NCBI GenBank assembly: GCA_964291675.2
Contig: OZ219866.1
Location: 2,080,001-2,144,000 of the forward strand
From: Alphaproteobacteria bacterium
Lineage (GTDB): Bacteria; Pseudomonadota; Alphaproteobacteria; MPNO01
Direction: 5' to 3'
Length of the DNA stretch: 64,000 bases
The notes under the pieces are model-generated. The model did no database searches, was not told the origin of the DNA, and worked only from the letters and a program-made list of their open reading frames with translations. Below, one piece after another: positions 1-12,339 of the stretch (position 1 is its first letter; each line of letters opens with the position of its first letter). The translations under genes were made by a program, and so were the position numbers.

Positions 1-2
1 TG

Positions 3-1223
3 GGCGAGATCTTTCGCAGCTACTGGCTGCCGGCGATGCTGTCGGAGAGGCTGCCGGAGCCGGACGGCGCGCCGATCGCCGTCAAGCTTCTGGGCGAGCG
101 GCTGGTCGCGTTTCGCGACACCGAGGGCCGCGTCGGGCTGCTCGACGAGTTCTGTCCGCACCGCCGGGTATCCCTCGTCTACGGCCGCAACGAGGAGTGC
201 GGCCTGCGCTGCGTCTATCACGGCTGGAAGTTCGACGCGGACGGGCGGGTCGTCGACACGCCGACCGAGCTCAACCCCGATTTCGGCAAGACCATCGAGG
301 TGACCGCCTATCCGACGCACGAGGCGGGCGGCATCGTCTGGACCTATATGGGGCGCGAGCCGGTGCCGCCGCCGTTCCCGGACTTCCTGTTCACCAGGCT
401 GCCGGCGAGCCACGTGCTGGGCTACCACTACCGTCAGGAATGCAACTACCTGCAGGGCCTCGAAGCCGATATCGACATCTCGCACCCCTCGTTTCTGCAC
501 AGCCCGATCGGACAGGCGCCGATCGACAGGACCCGCGAGGCGATGGGCGTCGATCCCAGGCCCAAGGGATTCACGCGGGACGCGGCGTTCGGCTTCCAGA
601 CCGTCTGGCGCTGGAACACGCCCGATCCCGCCAAGGCGCTGTTCTGGGTCGATCCCTTCGTCGTGCCCTGCCACACCATCGTGCCGGCCGGGCGCACCAA
701 GCTGCGCTATATCTGGCACGCCTGGGTGCCGATCGACGACGAGCACCACTGGCTCTACTACGTGCACTACGATCCCGACACGCCGGCGGACGAGGAAGAG
801 CGGCGAACCCTCGAATACAATTTCGGCCACGACCTGATCGATCCCGGGATCGAGTACCGGTCGCGCGGCAACCTCGAGAACATGCATTTTCTCGACCGCG
901 ACAGGCAGAAGCACGAAAACTTCTCCGGCATCCGCGGCATCGCCGCGCAGGATGTCGCGATCCTGCAAAGCATGGGGCCGATCGTCGACCGGAGCCTCGA
1001 GCAGATCGGCTCGCGCGACGTTCTGGTGATGCAGCTGCGGCACTATTTGCTCGACATGGTCCGCAAGCAGATGGCCGGCGAAGACCTGCCGGCGCTCGAC
1101 GGAACGGTCGATTTTGCGGATATCGACAGCCGAATGGTGATCGTGCCCGCCGACACCTCGGTCGATCGGGTGCTGGCGCGCCGCGAATGGACATGGGGCG
1201 AGGCCAATCTGGCGGAGGCCTAG
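3..1223 (+). CDS. Rieske non-heme iron oxygenase alpha subunit (phthalate 4,5-dioxygenase/VanA/LigX-like); 5' end lies before the window
   Basis: Rieske motifs CPH...CVYH. The frame is open from base 3 (GEIFRSYWLPAM). Mononuclear-iron motif DIDISHPSFLH and C-terminal QD. Confidence 0.9.
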   Translation, partial: GEIFRSYWLPAMLSERLPEPDGAPIAVKLLGERLVAFRDTEGRVGLLDEFCPHRRVSLVYGRNEECGLRCVYHGWKFDADGRVVDTPTELNPDFGKTIEVTAYPTHEAGGIVWTYMGREPVPPPFPDFLFTRLPASHVLGYHYRQECNYLQGLEADIDISHPSFLHSPIGQAPIDRTREAMGVDPRPKGFTRDAAFGFQTVWRWNTPDPAKALFWVDPFVVPCHTIVPAGRTKLRYIWHAWVPIDDEHHWLYYVHYDPDTPADEEERRTLEYNFGHDLIDPGIEYRSRGNLENMHFLDRDRQKHENFSGIRGIAAQDVAILQSMGPIVDRSLEQIGSRDVLVMQLRHYLLDMVRKQMAGEDLPALDGTVDFADIDSRMVIVPADTSVDRVLARREWTWGEANLAEA

Positions 1224-1261
1224 AGCGGCGCCAGGGGCGGGACTTACGAGGGAACGACGCG

Positions 1262-1795
1262 GTGGACGTCGAGCAGACGATCGAGGAGTTGCGCGCCAGG
1301 CTGCGGCGGCTCGAGGACGAGTCCGCCATACGCCGGTTGATGACCGACATGATGCAGAAGGCCGACGACCGGGAGCATCCGGGCTATGGCGAGCGGATGG
1401 TCGCCTTCTATACCGATGACGGGAAGTGGACCAGCGCGTCCGGCTTCGCCGATGTCGCGATGGACGAGCGGGGGCGCGCCGCGCTGAGGAAAAAGTTCTC
1501 CCAGGGCACGCGGATCCGCGAATCCAGCCACCTGCTCGGTACCGAGTCCATCGAGGTCGACGGCGATTCAGCGGGCGGCAGCTGGCTCTGCTTCGAGCCC
1601 GCGACGCTGCAAGGGCCCGGCGACAGCCGCGAAGCGGTCTGGATCATGGGCCGGTACGGCTGCGAGTTCCGCCGCGTCGACGGGGAGTGGAAGCTCCGCA
1701 CCGTGCGGTACGAGGGCATCTTCTGCACCCCCTACGACAAGGGCTGGACCGAGGAGCGCTTCGTCACCATCCATCCGTCCGCCGCCGGAGGCTGA
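1262..1795 (+). CDS. NTF2-like/SnoaL_4 family protein (LinA/BaiE-like dehydratase fold)
   Basis: Real 3' part of ORF 197..1795. GTG start after GAGGG; signature LRRLEDESAIRRLM...FYTDDGKW...SSHLL...IEVDGD...GRY...RRVDGEWK. Confidence 0.8.
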   Translation: MDVEQTIEELRARLRRLEDESAIRRLMTDMMQKADDREHPGYGERMVAFYTDDGKWTSASGFADVAMDERGRAALRKKFSQGTRIRESSHLLGTESIEVDGDSAGGSWLCFEPATLQGPGDSREAVWIMGRYGCEFRRVDGEWKLRTVRYEGIFCTPYDKGWTEERFVTIHPSAAGG

Positions 1796-1858
1796 GCGCG
1801 GCCCCTCCGGGACCGTTTCGTACCCGACGCTGAGAAGATCATGGGAGAGGGGATTGCG

Positions 1859-2623
1859 ATGAAACCGGTTTGTCTCGTCATCGGCGCCGGCGCCGGCATC
1901 GGCGGCACCGTGGGAAAGCGGTTCGCGCGGGAGGGCTACCATGCGGTGCTCTGCCGCCGCACCGACGAGGACGGGCTGAACCGGCTGGTGGAGGCGATCC
2001 GGAGCGAGGGCGGCGACGCCACGGGCTATCTGCTCAACGCGGTGCAGCCGGACAGCATCGAGGACCGCATCGCCGCGGTCGAGGCGGAGATCGGGCCCAT
2101 CGAGGTGGCGCTCTACAATCTCGGCTCGCAGGTCGGCGGCCGCAGCCTGGAGGAGACCAGCTACAAGGTCTTCGAGCTCGGCTGGCGCATGGCGACCTTC
2201 GGCCTGTTCCGCACGGCGTCCGCGCTGTGCCCGCGGATGGCCGAACGGGGCGGCGGCACCGTGCTCGTCACCTCCTCGACGGCGGCGGTGCGCGGCAACA
2301 AGGGCCAGCATTCGCACGCCGCCTCCATGGCCGGCAGGCGCATGCTGTGCCAGACGCTGAATGCGGAATTCGGACCCAGCGGAGTCCACGTCGTCCACAT
2401 CCTGGTCGACGGCGCGGTCGATGCCCCGGATACGCTGGGCAGGATTCTCGGCCCGGAGAAATTCCGCGAGCTGCGCGAGAGCCGGGGCATGGAGCATGAC
2501 GGCCTCATGCTGCCCGAGAAGATCGCCGACACCTATCTCCACCTCGCGCGCCAGCACCGCTCGACCTGGACCAACGAGCTCGACCTGCGCTCGTTCAACG
2601 ACGTGCCGTGGTGGAACAGCTAG
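1859..2623 (+). CDS. Short-chain dehydrogenase/reductase (atypical active site)
   Basis: GAGAGIG Rossmann motif. ATG at 1859 after GGAGAGG. The YxxxK position reads HAASM. Confidence 0.85.
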   Translation: MKPVCLVIGAGAGIGGTVGKRFAREGYHAVLCRRTDEDGLNRLVEAIRSEGGDATGYLLNAVQPDSIEDRIAAVEAEIGPIEVALYNLGSQVGGRSLEETSYKVFELGWRMATFGLFRTASALCPRMAERGGGTVLVTSSTAAVRGNKGQHSHAASMAGRRMLCQTLNAEFGPSGVHVVHILVDGAVDAPDTLGRILGPEKFRELRESRGMEHDGLMLPEKIADTYLHLARQHRSTWTNELDLRSFNDVPWWNS

Positions 2624-2725
2624 CCCGCATGTCCCGCCCCTGCCACGGCCTGCGTCGCGCCCGGGCGTTCGTCCCGCCGGGAGCGGGCCGAAGAGCGTAG
2701 CGGTGCCTGCGGTCGAGGCCCGCGA
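2620..2725. repeat. Partial, degenerate copy of the MITE at 29018-29289 (its right arm, inverted), starting at the CTAG that contains the SDR stop codon
   Basis: CTAGCCCGCATGTCCCGCCCCTGCCACGGCCTGCGTCGCGCCCGGGCGTTCGTCCCGCC...GAAGAGCGTAGCGGTGCCT aligns with the reverse complement of about 29185-29289. Confidence 0.85.
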
Positions 2726-2830
2726 AGAAGCGGGCGGGTGCCGCGAGCCCGTTGCCTGCCGACAAACGCGATGTCGCCCGACCCGCGATCGCAGGAGTTC
2801 GAGTTTATCTATGGAAATCAGCGAGATGGG

Positions 2831-2906
<76 letters not shown>

Positions 2907-2975
2907 CTCCCGGAAGCCGGGCTTATAGCAAAGCCCGCGACCCGTGGCGAGTCCGCGGGGCGGCGGCCGGCGGGG

Positions 2976-4124
2976 TCAGAAATCGTCGAACGGGGGCGAC
3001 TTGCCGATCGCGGTATCCTTGCCCAGGCTCGCCGACAGCAACAGCCCGTAGCCGACCATCACGCTGAGCAGCGCCGTGCCGCCATATGAGATCAGCGGCA
3101 GCGGGGCGCCGACCACCGGGACCAGCCCCATCACCATGGCGATGTTGAGGGAGACGTAGAGCGACACGGTCATGGTGACGCCGAGCGCCACGACGCGGCC
3201 GAACTGGTTGCGGATGCGCAGCGCGATGGCGAAGCCGTAGGCGAACAGCACGAGGAACAGGGCGAGTACCTCCAACCCGCCGATCAGGCCGAACTCCTCC
3301 GCCAGCATGGTGAAGATGAAGTCGGTCTGCCGCTCCGGCAGGAAATCGAGATGCGCCTGGGAGCCCTGCATGTAGCCCTTGCCGAACACGCCGCCCGAGC
3401 CGAGCGCTATCTTGGCCTGGAGGATGTGGTAGCCGGCGCCGAGCGGGTCGGTCTCGGGGTCGAAGAAGGTAAGGATGCGCTGACGCTGATAGGGGCGCAG
3501 GAAGCTCCAGACTACCGGCATGGCGGCGAGCCCCAGCACGCCGACCGCGGCGAACTTCCACAGCCTGACCCCGACCACGAAGAATACCGTCGCGCCCGCG
3601 ACCACCAGCATGACCGCGGTGCCGAGATCGGGCTGGCGCAGCACCAGGAAAGCCGGCACCAGGGTCATCAGCACCGGCGCCAGCAGACGGCTCGGCCGCC
3701 CGACATCCTCGATCGAGATGCCGTGGAAGTACCGCGCGAGCCCGAGGATCAGCGCGATCTTCATCAGCTCGGAGGGTTGCAGCCGGACCACGCCGAGGTC
3801 GATCCAGCGCTGGGCGCCCATGCCCGTGGCCCCCGCCACCTCGACCCCGACCAGCAGGGCCGCGGCCGCGAAGTAGATCGCATAGGCGTAGCGCAGCCAG
3901 AACCGGATATCGATCAGCGCCACCACCAGCATCAGGACCAGCGCCGCGCCGAGGCGCATGACCTGGCGCGTAGCCCACGGCTCCCAGCTTCCGCCGCCCG
4001 CCGAGTACAGCATGCCGACGCCGATGGCCGAGATCAGGCAAAGGAGCAGCACCAGCGGCCAGTTGAGGAGCAGCAGCTTGCGGCCGAGGGTCAGCTCTTC
4101 GCCGGTCGCCGATACCGTCGCCAT
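2976..4124 (-). CDS. rodA: Rod shape-determining protein RodA (SEDS glycosyltransferase)
   Basis: GAQRWI, LQPSE, QPDLGT, LPERQTDFIF, PLISYGG; follows mrdA. Confidence 0.96.
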   Translation of the reverse strand: MATVSATGEELTLGRKLLLLNWPLVLLLCLISAIGVGMLYSAGGGSWEPWATRQVMRLGAALVLMLVVALIDIRFWLRYAYAIYFAAAALLVGVEVAGATGMGAQRWIDLGVVRLQPSELMKIALILGLARYFHGISIEDVGRPSRLLAPVLMTLVPAFLVLRQPDLGTAVMLVVAGATVFFVVGVRLWKFAAVGVLGLAAMPVVWSFLRPYQRQRILTFFDPETDPLGAGYHILQAKIALGSGGVFGKGYMQGSQAHLDFLPERQTDFIFTMLAEEFGLIGGLEVLALFLVLFAYGFAIALRIRNQFGRVVALGVTMTVSLYVSLNIAMVMGLVPVVGAPLPLISYGGTALLSVMVGYGLLLSASLGKDTAIGKSPPFDDF

Positions 4125-4142
4125 CGTCCCGCGACCCGCCGC

Positions 4143-6020
4143 TCAACCCTGGCCGGGGGCCGTTTCGACCCAGGCGAGGCGATTATCGGCGTCCACCCCC
4201 AGCGGGTCGCGGCGCTGCGCTTCCAGCAGGAGCTCCCGCGCGATCGGCGTCGCCACCGAAGATCCCGCCCCGCCATGCTCCACCACCACCGAGATCGCAT
4301 AGCGCGGCCGTTCGACCGGCGCGTAGGCGACGAACAGGGCGTGGTCGCGCTCCCGCCAGGGACGCTGGTGGTTCTTCAGCACGCCGCTGCCGCGTTCGCG
4401 CTTGGAAATCCTGCGAACCTGGGAGGTGCCGGTCTTGCCGGCGAGCTCGAGCTCCGGCTCGCGGATGGAATAGCGGTAGGCGGTGCCGCGCTCGCGGTTG
4501 GCGACCGCGTCCATCCCGCGGCGCACCACCCGGAGCGCGGCCTCGCGGATCTTGAGCGCCGGGAAGAGCGGTTCCGGGGGCGGCGTCCCGGCCGCCGCCC
4601 GCTCGATCACCAGCCGGGGCCGGACCGCCCGGCCGGAGGCGATGCGCGCCGCCATCACGGCGAGCTGTAGCGGCGTCGTCAGCACGAAACCCTGACCGAT
4701 CCCCGTGATCAGGGTCTCGCCGCCCTGCCACTTCTCGCCGATGGCGGCCAGCTTCCACCCGGGGGTCGGGACCAGACCCTCCTGTTCCCCGGGCAGCTCG
4801 CCGAGCAGCTTGGCGCCGAGCCCCAGCTCGACGGCGGTCTCGGCGATCCTGTCTATCCCGACGGCGTGCGCGAGCTCGTAGAAATAGATGTCGCAGGACC
4901 GCTCTATCGCGCCCACCAGGTCGAGCCAGCCATGGCCGTGCTTGTTCCAGCAATGGAACTGCGCCCGCCCGAACTCCATGAAGCCCCGGCAACGGGTCCG
5001 GCGGCCGGGCCACCAGCGGCCGGAGTTCAGCGCCGCCAGCGCGACCACCAGCTTGAACGTGGAGCCCGGCGCGTACAGCCCGGAGAGCGACCTGTTCACC
5101 AGCGGGGTCATCGGGTCCGAGACCACCGAGCGCCAGGTCTCGGCGTCCAGCCCGCGGGCAAACTGGTTGGGCTCGTAGCTGGGAGCCGACGCCATGGCGA
5201 GGATCTCGCCGGTCTCCACGCCCAGCAGCACCGCCGAGGCGCTCTGATGATAGGCCAGCCGATCCTGCGCGAGGCCCTGCAACGCCATGTCGATGGTGAG
5301 CCGGACTTCGTTTCCCGGCACCCCGTCCACCCGGCCGACCTCGCGGATCACCCGCCCCATCGCGTTCACCTCGACCTGGCTGGCACCGGCCTTGCCGCGC
5401 AGAGCGAGGTCGCGGGTCTTCTCGATTCCCTCCTTGCCGATGCGGAACCCGGGCAGTTCGAGCAGCGGGTCGCCGCTCAGATCCGGTGCCGAGGCCGCCG
5501 CGACATAGCCCAGTACATGCGCCGACTTGACCGAATGGGGGTAGTCGCGCGCCAGATCGACGTCGATCGAGATGCCCGGCAGATCGGGCGCGTTGACTTC
5601 GATCTTCGCCACCTCGCGCCAGTTGAGTCCCTCGCGCACCGTCACCGGGACGAAGCTGCGGCGTTTCCCGACCTCGCGCAGCACGCGGGCGCGCGCCGAT
5701 TGGGCGAGCCCGATCAGCCGGTCGAGCTTTTCCAGGGTCGCGCCCACGTCGTCCGTCTGTTCCGCGATGAGCAGCACCCGGTAACTCTCGCGGTTGACCG
5801 CCAGCGGCGAGGAGAAGCGGTCGACGATGCGTCCCCGGGCGGGCGCGATCAGCCGCATGTTGATGCGGTTGTCCTCGGCCAGCATCTTGTAGCGGTCGGA
5901 CTCGATCACCTGGATCTGGTACATCCGCCCGGCGAGCACCGAGGCCACGACGAGCTTCGCGCCGGCGAGCACGGCGGCGCGCCGGGTGAACAGCCTGTGC
6001 CTTTCGTTGTCGCGATACAC
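4143..6020 (-). CDS. mrdA: Penicillin-binding protein 2
   Basis: PARGRIVDR, active-site PGSTFK, SCD, KTGT, RDHALF; in the mre operon. Confidence 0.96.
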   Translation of the reverse strand: MYRDNERHRLFTRRAAVLAGAKLVVASVLAGRMYQIQVIESDRYKMLAEDNRINMRLIAPARGRIVDRFSSPLAVNRESYRVLLIAEQTDDVGATLEKLDRLIGLAQSARARVLREVGKRRSFVPVTVREGLNWREVAKIEVNAPDLPGISIDVDLARDYPHSVKSAHVLGYVAAASAPDLSGDPLLELPGFRIGKEGIEKTRDLALRGKAGASQVEVNAMGRVIREVGRVDGVPGNEVRLTIDMALQGLAQDRLAYHQSASAVLLGVETGEILAMASAPSYEPNQFARGLDAETWRSVVSDPMTPLVNRSLSGLYAPGSTFKLVVALAALNSGRWWPGRRTRCRGFMEFGRAQFHCWNKHGHGWLDLVGAIERSCDIYFYELAHAVGIDRIAETAVELGLGAKLLGELPGEQEGLVPTPGWKLAAIGEKWQGGETLITGIGQGFVLTTPLQLAVMAARIASGRAVRPRLVIERAAAGTPPPEPLFPALKIREAALRVVRRGMDAVANRERGTAYRYSIREPELELAGKTGTSQVRRISKRERGSGVLKNHQRPWRERDHALFVAYAPVERPRYAISVVVEHGGAGSSVATPIARELLLEAQRRDPLGVDADNRLAWVETAPGQG

Positions 6021-6029
6021 CGGCCGATC

Positions 6030-6542
6030 CTAGTTGCGCCTCGCGATGGAACGCAGCACCCAGGAAAGCAGCCAATACAGAAACGGGAACACCGTCAAGG
6101 TCACGACCACCTGCAACGCCAGCGGCGTCGGATCGACGTAGCGGAGATGCCAGCCGATGACGGCCAGCCAGAATACCAGCGCCGCGAACGCCGCGGTGAG
6201 CCCGAACGCCCACCAGACGACAAGGAACGACTTGCCCCTGAAGAAGGTGCGCTGGAAGACGATCGCGCCGTAGACGATCAGCAGGGTAAGCCCGTTGAGA
6301 CCCACCGGCTCGCCGTTCAGCAGATCCTGCCACAGGCCGAGCGGAAGAACCGCGATCGCCGGCATCAGGTCGGGACGGTAGACCGTCCAGTAGAACACCG
6401 CGATCAGGCCGAGATTGGGTGCCACCGAGCCGATCGCCGGCACGTGGATGTGGATCGCGCCCAGCATGATCAGCACCAGCGAGACCACAAAGGGGGTCAG
6501 GTTGGTGGCGAACTCGTGGAGGCGCCGGAGAACCCCGCTCAA
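6030..6542 (-). CDS. mreD: Rod shape-determining protein MreD
   Basis: Hydrophobic 170 aa with YWTVYRPDLMP and GLWQDLL; lies between mreC and mrdA. Confidence 0.9.
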   Translation of the reverse strand: MSGVLRRLHEFATNLTPFVVSLVLIMLGAIHIHVPAIGSVAPNLGLIAVFYWTVYRPDLMPAIAVLPLGLWQDLLNGEPVGLNGLTLLIVYGAIVFQRTFFRGKSFLVVWWAFGLTAAFAALVFWLAVIGWHLRYVDPTPLALQVVVTLTVFPFLYWLLSWVLRSIARRN

Positions 6543-7417
6543 CGTCCGGTTCCGCCGGGGGCGGATGCCGACGCCGAGCCCAGAGCGACCTCCGGGTAGG
6601 CGACGATGCGCACGAATTCGAGCCGGTCGAGCCGCGCCAGGGGCCGGACCCGGATCGCCTCGCCCGCGACACTGGAGACGACGCCGATCGGCAGCCCCGG
6701 CGGCAGCATCCCGCCATGGCCCGAGGTCACGACCCGGTCGCCGCTGTTGACCCGCGCGGTGTGGCGCAGAAACGAGATCCTGGGCATGGCCGTGTTGTCG
6801 CCCGCCAGAATCGCCCGCTCCCGCGAGCCCTCGAACATCACCGGGATGCGCGAGTTGAGATCGGTGATCAGCAGGATGCGCGCCGACCGGTTGCCCACGG
6901 CGACGACGCGCCCGATCAGCCCGTCCCCGGTGACCGCCGCCTGGCCCCTGGCGACGCCGTCGCGCGCGCCGGCGACGACGACGATGGAACGGACGAAGAC
7001 GCCGCCCGAATCGCCCACCACGCGGGCGCCGATATGGTCGACCCTGGGCTCAGGCACGAAGCGCAGGAGCTGCCGCAGGCGGTCGTTCTCCTGCGACAGC
7101 CTGAGCCCCGCGGCCTGCCAGTGCAGCAGCCGTTCGTTCTGGTCGCGCAGCCGGGCGTTCTCGTCGCGCAGCCGGCCGAGCTCGTTGATGCCCTCGATGG
7201 CGTCGGCGACCGTGGCCGCGGGGCGCGCCACGACACCCATGATCGGCGCGACGAAATCGACGACCCCGGCGCGCAGCTTCTCGAACAGGACCGTTTCGGC
7301 CTTGCCCAGCAGGGTGATCCCGAACGCTGCCAGGATCAGCGTCGCCAGGACGACACGTTGACTGAGGGTGCCCGAAGGGACCGCCAGCCGGATGATGGAT
7401 GCCGGACGATACTTCAC
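6539..7417 (-). CDS. mreC: Rod shape-determining protein MreC
   Basis: TM segment, coiled coil (LRDENARLR), GLIGRV, VVTSGHGG...PPGLPIG. Confidence 0.93.
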   Translation of the reverse strand: MKYRPASIIRLAVPSGTLSQRVVLATLILAAFGITLLGKAETVLFEKLRAGVVDFVAPIMGVVARPAATVADAIEGINELGRLRDENARLRDQNERLLHWQAAGLRLSQENDRLRQLLRFVPEPRVDHIGARVVGDSGGVFVRSIVVVAGARDGVARGQAAVTGDGLIGRVVAVGNRSARILLITDLNSRIPVMFEGSRERAILAGDNTAMPRISFLRHTARVNSGDRVVTSGHGGMLPPGLPIGVVSSVAGEAIRVRPLARLDRLEFVRIVAYPEVALGSASASAPGGTGR

Positions 7418-7502
7418 CGACGCCGGGCCTCCTTACTCTGCTTCGCCCCGAAATCCGAGGTCTGCGTTTGTTCCTTCCGTTACCGGGATGCGAATCGCGG
7501 CT

Positions 7503-8549
<1,047 letters not shown>

Positions 8550-8602
8550 CTATTCGATACCTCGTTGAGCGTGGCCGCCCGGCGGGGCGAGCCGTTCCCG
8601 CG

Positions 8603-10156
8603 TCAGGCGATGAGCGCCTCGGGCGCCGTCTTTTCCCTCTTCACCAGCAGTTTGTTGAGCGCATTCACATAGGCCCGCGCGGACGCGACGAGGGTGTCGG
8701 TGTCGGCGCCCTGGCCGTTCACCGTCTTGCCGTCCTCCTCGAGCCTGACGGTGACCTCGGCCTGCGCGTCGGTCCCCTCGGTCACCGCGTGCACCTGGTA
8801 GAGCTTCAGCGTGGCGCTGTGCGCGAACAGCTCCTTGATCGCGTTGAACGTCGCATCCACCGGGCCGTCGCCCGTCGCCTCCGTGCCGTGGCGTTGGCCG
8901 TCGATCTCCAACTCCAGCGTCGCGCTCTGCGGACCCACCGAGCCGCAGATCACGTGCAGCGACAGGAAGCGGATCCGGTCGTTGCGCCGGATCACCGCGT
9001 CGTCGACCAGGGCAGCGATGTCCTCGTCGAAGATGTCCTTCTTCTTGTCGGCGAGATCCTTGAAGCGCCGGAACGCGTCCTGCAGGGCGTTCTCGCCGAG
9101 GTCGTAGCCGAGCTCCTCGATCTTCTTGCGGAAGGCGTGGCGTCCGGAGTGCTTGCCCATGACCAGCGTCGAGCGCGCCAGGCCGACCGATTCCGGGGTC
9201 ATGATCTCGTAGGTGCCGGCATGCTTGAGCACGCCGTCCTGGTGGATGCCGGCCTCGTGGGCGAAGGCGTTGGCGCCGACGATCGCCTTGTTGGGCTGGA
9301 CCGTGAACCCGGTGATCGTCGAGACCAGCTTGGAGATCCGGGTGATCACCGAGGTGTCGATTCCCGTCTTGTAGGGCATCCGGTCGTGGCGCGTCCTGAG
9401 CGCCATCACGATCTCTTCCAGCGCGGCGTTGCCGGCCCGTTCGCCGAGCCCGTTGACGGTGCATTCGACCTGCCGCGCGCCCGCGTCGACCGCCGCCAGA
9501 GAGTTGGCGACGGCGAGCCCGAGATCGTTGTGGCAATGGGCCGAGAAAATCGCCTTGTCGCTGTTCGGCACCCGTTCGCGCAGCATGCGGATGAGCCCGC
9601 CGAACTCCTCCGGCAGCGCATAGCCCACCGTGTCCGGCAGGTTGATGCAGGTGGCGCCGGCGCGGATCGCGGCCTCGACGCAGCGGCACAGGAAATCGGG
9701 GTCCGAGCGCGAGCCGTCCTCCGGCGACCAGTCGACGTCGTCGGTGAACCGGCGCGCATGGCCGACGCTGTCGATCACCGCCTCGTGCACGTCGTCGGGC
9801 TCCATCTGCAGCTTGTACTTCATGTGCAGCGGGCTGGTCGCGATGAAGGTGTGGATGCGCCGCCGCTCGGCCGGGGCGAGCGCCTCGGCCGCGCGTTCGA
9901 TATCGGCCCGTCCGGAGCGCGCGAGGCCGCAGATGACGGGCCCCTTGACCAGCCTGGAGACCTCCTGGACCGCCTCGAAATCGCCGTTCGAGGCGATCGG
10001 GAATCCGGCCTCGATCACGTCGACGCCGAGATCGGCGAGGAGCTCGGCGATGCGCAGCTTCTCGTCGAGGTTCATCGAGGCGCCCGGCGATTGCTCGCCG
10101 TCGCGCAGCGTGGTGTCGAAGATGACGATTCGGTTCGGGTCGGCGTTCAGGCTCAT
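8603..10156 (-). CDS. leuA: 2-isopropylmalate synthase
   Basis: [35 protein letters not shown], and a C-terminal regulatory domain (GDGPVDA). Confidence 0.97.
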   Translation of the reverse strand: MSLNADPNRIVIFDTTLRDGEQSPGASMNLDEKLRIAELLADLGVDVIEAGFPIASNGDFEAVQEVSRLVKGPVICGLARSGRADIERAAEALAPAERRRIHTFIATSPLHMKYKLQMEPDDVHEAVIDSVGHARRFTDDVDWSPEDGSRSDPDFLCRCVEAAIRAGATCINLPDTVGYALPEEFGGLIRMLRERVPNSDKAIFSAHCHNDLGLAVANSLAAVDAGARQVECTVNGLGERAGNAALEEIVMALRTRHDRMPYKTGIDTSVITRISKLVSTITGFTVQPNKAIVGANAFAHEAGIHQDGVLKHAGTYEIMTPESVGLARSTLVMGKHSGRHAFRKKIEELGYDLGENALQDAFRRFKDLADKKKDIFDEDIAALVDDAVIRRNDRIRFLSLHVICGSVGPQSATLELEIDGQRHGTEATGDGPVDATFNAIKELFAHSATLKLYQVHAVTEGTDAQAEVTVRLEEDGKTVNGQGADTDTLVASARAYVNALNKLLVKREKTAPEALIA

Positions 10157-10192
10157 CCTGGAGCTCCCATGAAACGGTTGTCGGACCTGGCT

Positions 10193-10354
10193 CAGCCCCC
10201 TGCCCGGCGTGCCGTTCGCGGCGGCCGCCGTTCAGGGGCTGCTAAGTCGTCCAACCTCACCGGCCTTCGGCCCGATCGCGGAGCGCGGGCGCACCGGGCC
10301 GGCGTGCCGGGCAAACCCGGCAACCGATTCCGCTTTCGCCCGTATCGCAGACAT
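10193..10354 (-). promoter_or_regulatory. Putative leuA leader: 40-codon uORF (10232-10354) whose stop codon lies in a GC-rich stem-loop
   Basis: ATG after GGAAAGG; peptide MSAIRAKAESVAGFARHAGPVRPRSAIGPKAGEVGRLSSP*. Stem CAGCCCC(C)TG 10193-10202 pairs with CAGGGGCTG 10233-10241. Confidence 0.45.
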
Positions 10355-10547
10355 CCTTTCCCCCCGCATGCGGCCACAGAACCCTGTCCGCCGAACGAAC
10401 TCCGCGTCCAGGCGACCGTGCGAACCTCCTAGCGGTCTAGGTTTACGCCGAGAGTCTCAACTGCGCAATCAATATGTGGACGCATCTCGGCATATCACAT
10501 CGAACATGCGTCAATCTGACGCGCGGCATGACTGCCGGCGATATGCG

Positions 10548-11705
<1,158 letters not shown>

Positions 11706-11742
11706 TTAATATGTAATGCATTGCGGACGAGGAGGCCGGTCC

Positions 11743-12006
11743 ATGCGGCGCACCACGACGCTGACGGTACGCCTCGGCGGCGCGCTCAGCGACTTCGTCT
11801 CGGCCAATGTCGGCGAGACGGGCGCCTACGAGAACGTCAGCGAGTATATCCGCGACCTGATCCGCCGCGACAAGGAGCGCTCCGAGCGCGAGGCGTTCGA
11901 GCGCCTGAAGGCCGAGCTGGAACGCGCCTTCGCGGCGCCGGACGACACCTACCGGCCGCTATCCGCATCGGACGTCATCGCGAGGAACAAGGCGCGCGGC
12001 GCTTGA
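11743..12006 (+). CDS. Ribbon-helix-helix antitoxin, ParD/CC2985-like
   Basis: ATG after GAGGAGG; GAYENVSEYIRDLIRRD motif; stop overlaps the toxin start (TGATG). Confidence 0.88.
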   Translation: MRRTTTLTVRLGGALSDFVSANVGETGAYENVSEYIRDLIRRDKERSEREAFERLKAELERAFAAPDDTYRPLSASDVIARNKARGA

Positions 12007-12320
12007 TGACGTCGATCCGCGTGCAGGAAGCGGCCGCCCTCCGTATCGACGAGATCTGGCGGTACTCCCTCGCGCAATGGGGGGAGGCGCGGGCGGATGA
12101 TTATGTCACGGGCCTGTTCGAGGCGTTCGAGGGGATCGTCACGGGGGCTGCGGCCTCGCGCGCGATTCCCGCTCCGTTCGGGGTGGACGGGTATGCGTTC
12201 CGCTGCGAGCAGCACTTCGTCTACTGGAAACGGCTGGCCAACGGCGACATCGGCATCGTCACCGTCCTGCACGAGCGCATGCACTGGATCGGGCGGCTGC
12301 GGGAGGACCTGGAGCGGTAA
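12006..12320 (+). CDS. ParE/RelE family toxin
   Basis: IDEIWRYSLAQWGEARADDY and C-terminal HFVYW...IVTVLHERM; translationally coupled to the antitoxin. Confidence 0.88.
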   Translation: MTSIRVQEAAALRIDEIWRYSLAQWGEARADDYVTGLFEAFEGIVTGAAASRAIPAPFGVDGYAFRCEQHFVYWKRLANGDIGIVTVLHERMHWIGRLREDLER

Positions 12321-12339
12321 GCCGCGTGAGAAATCCGCC

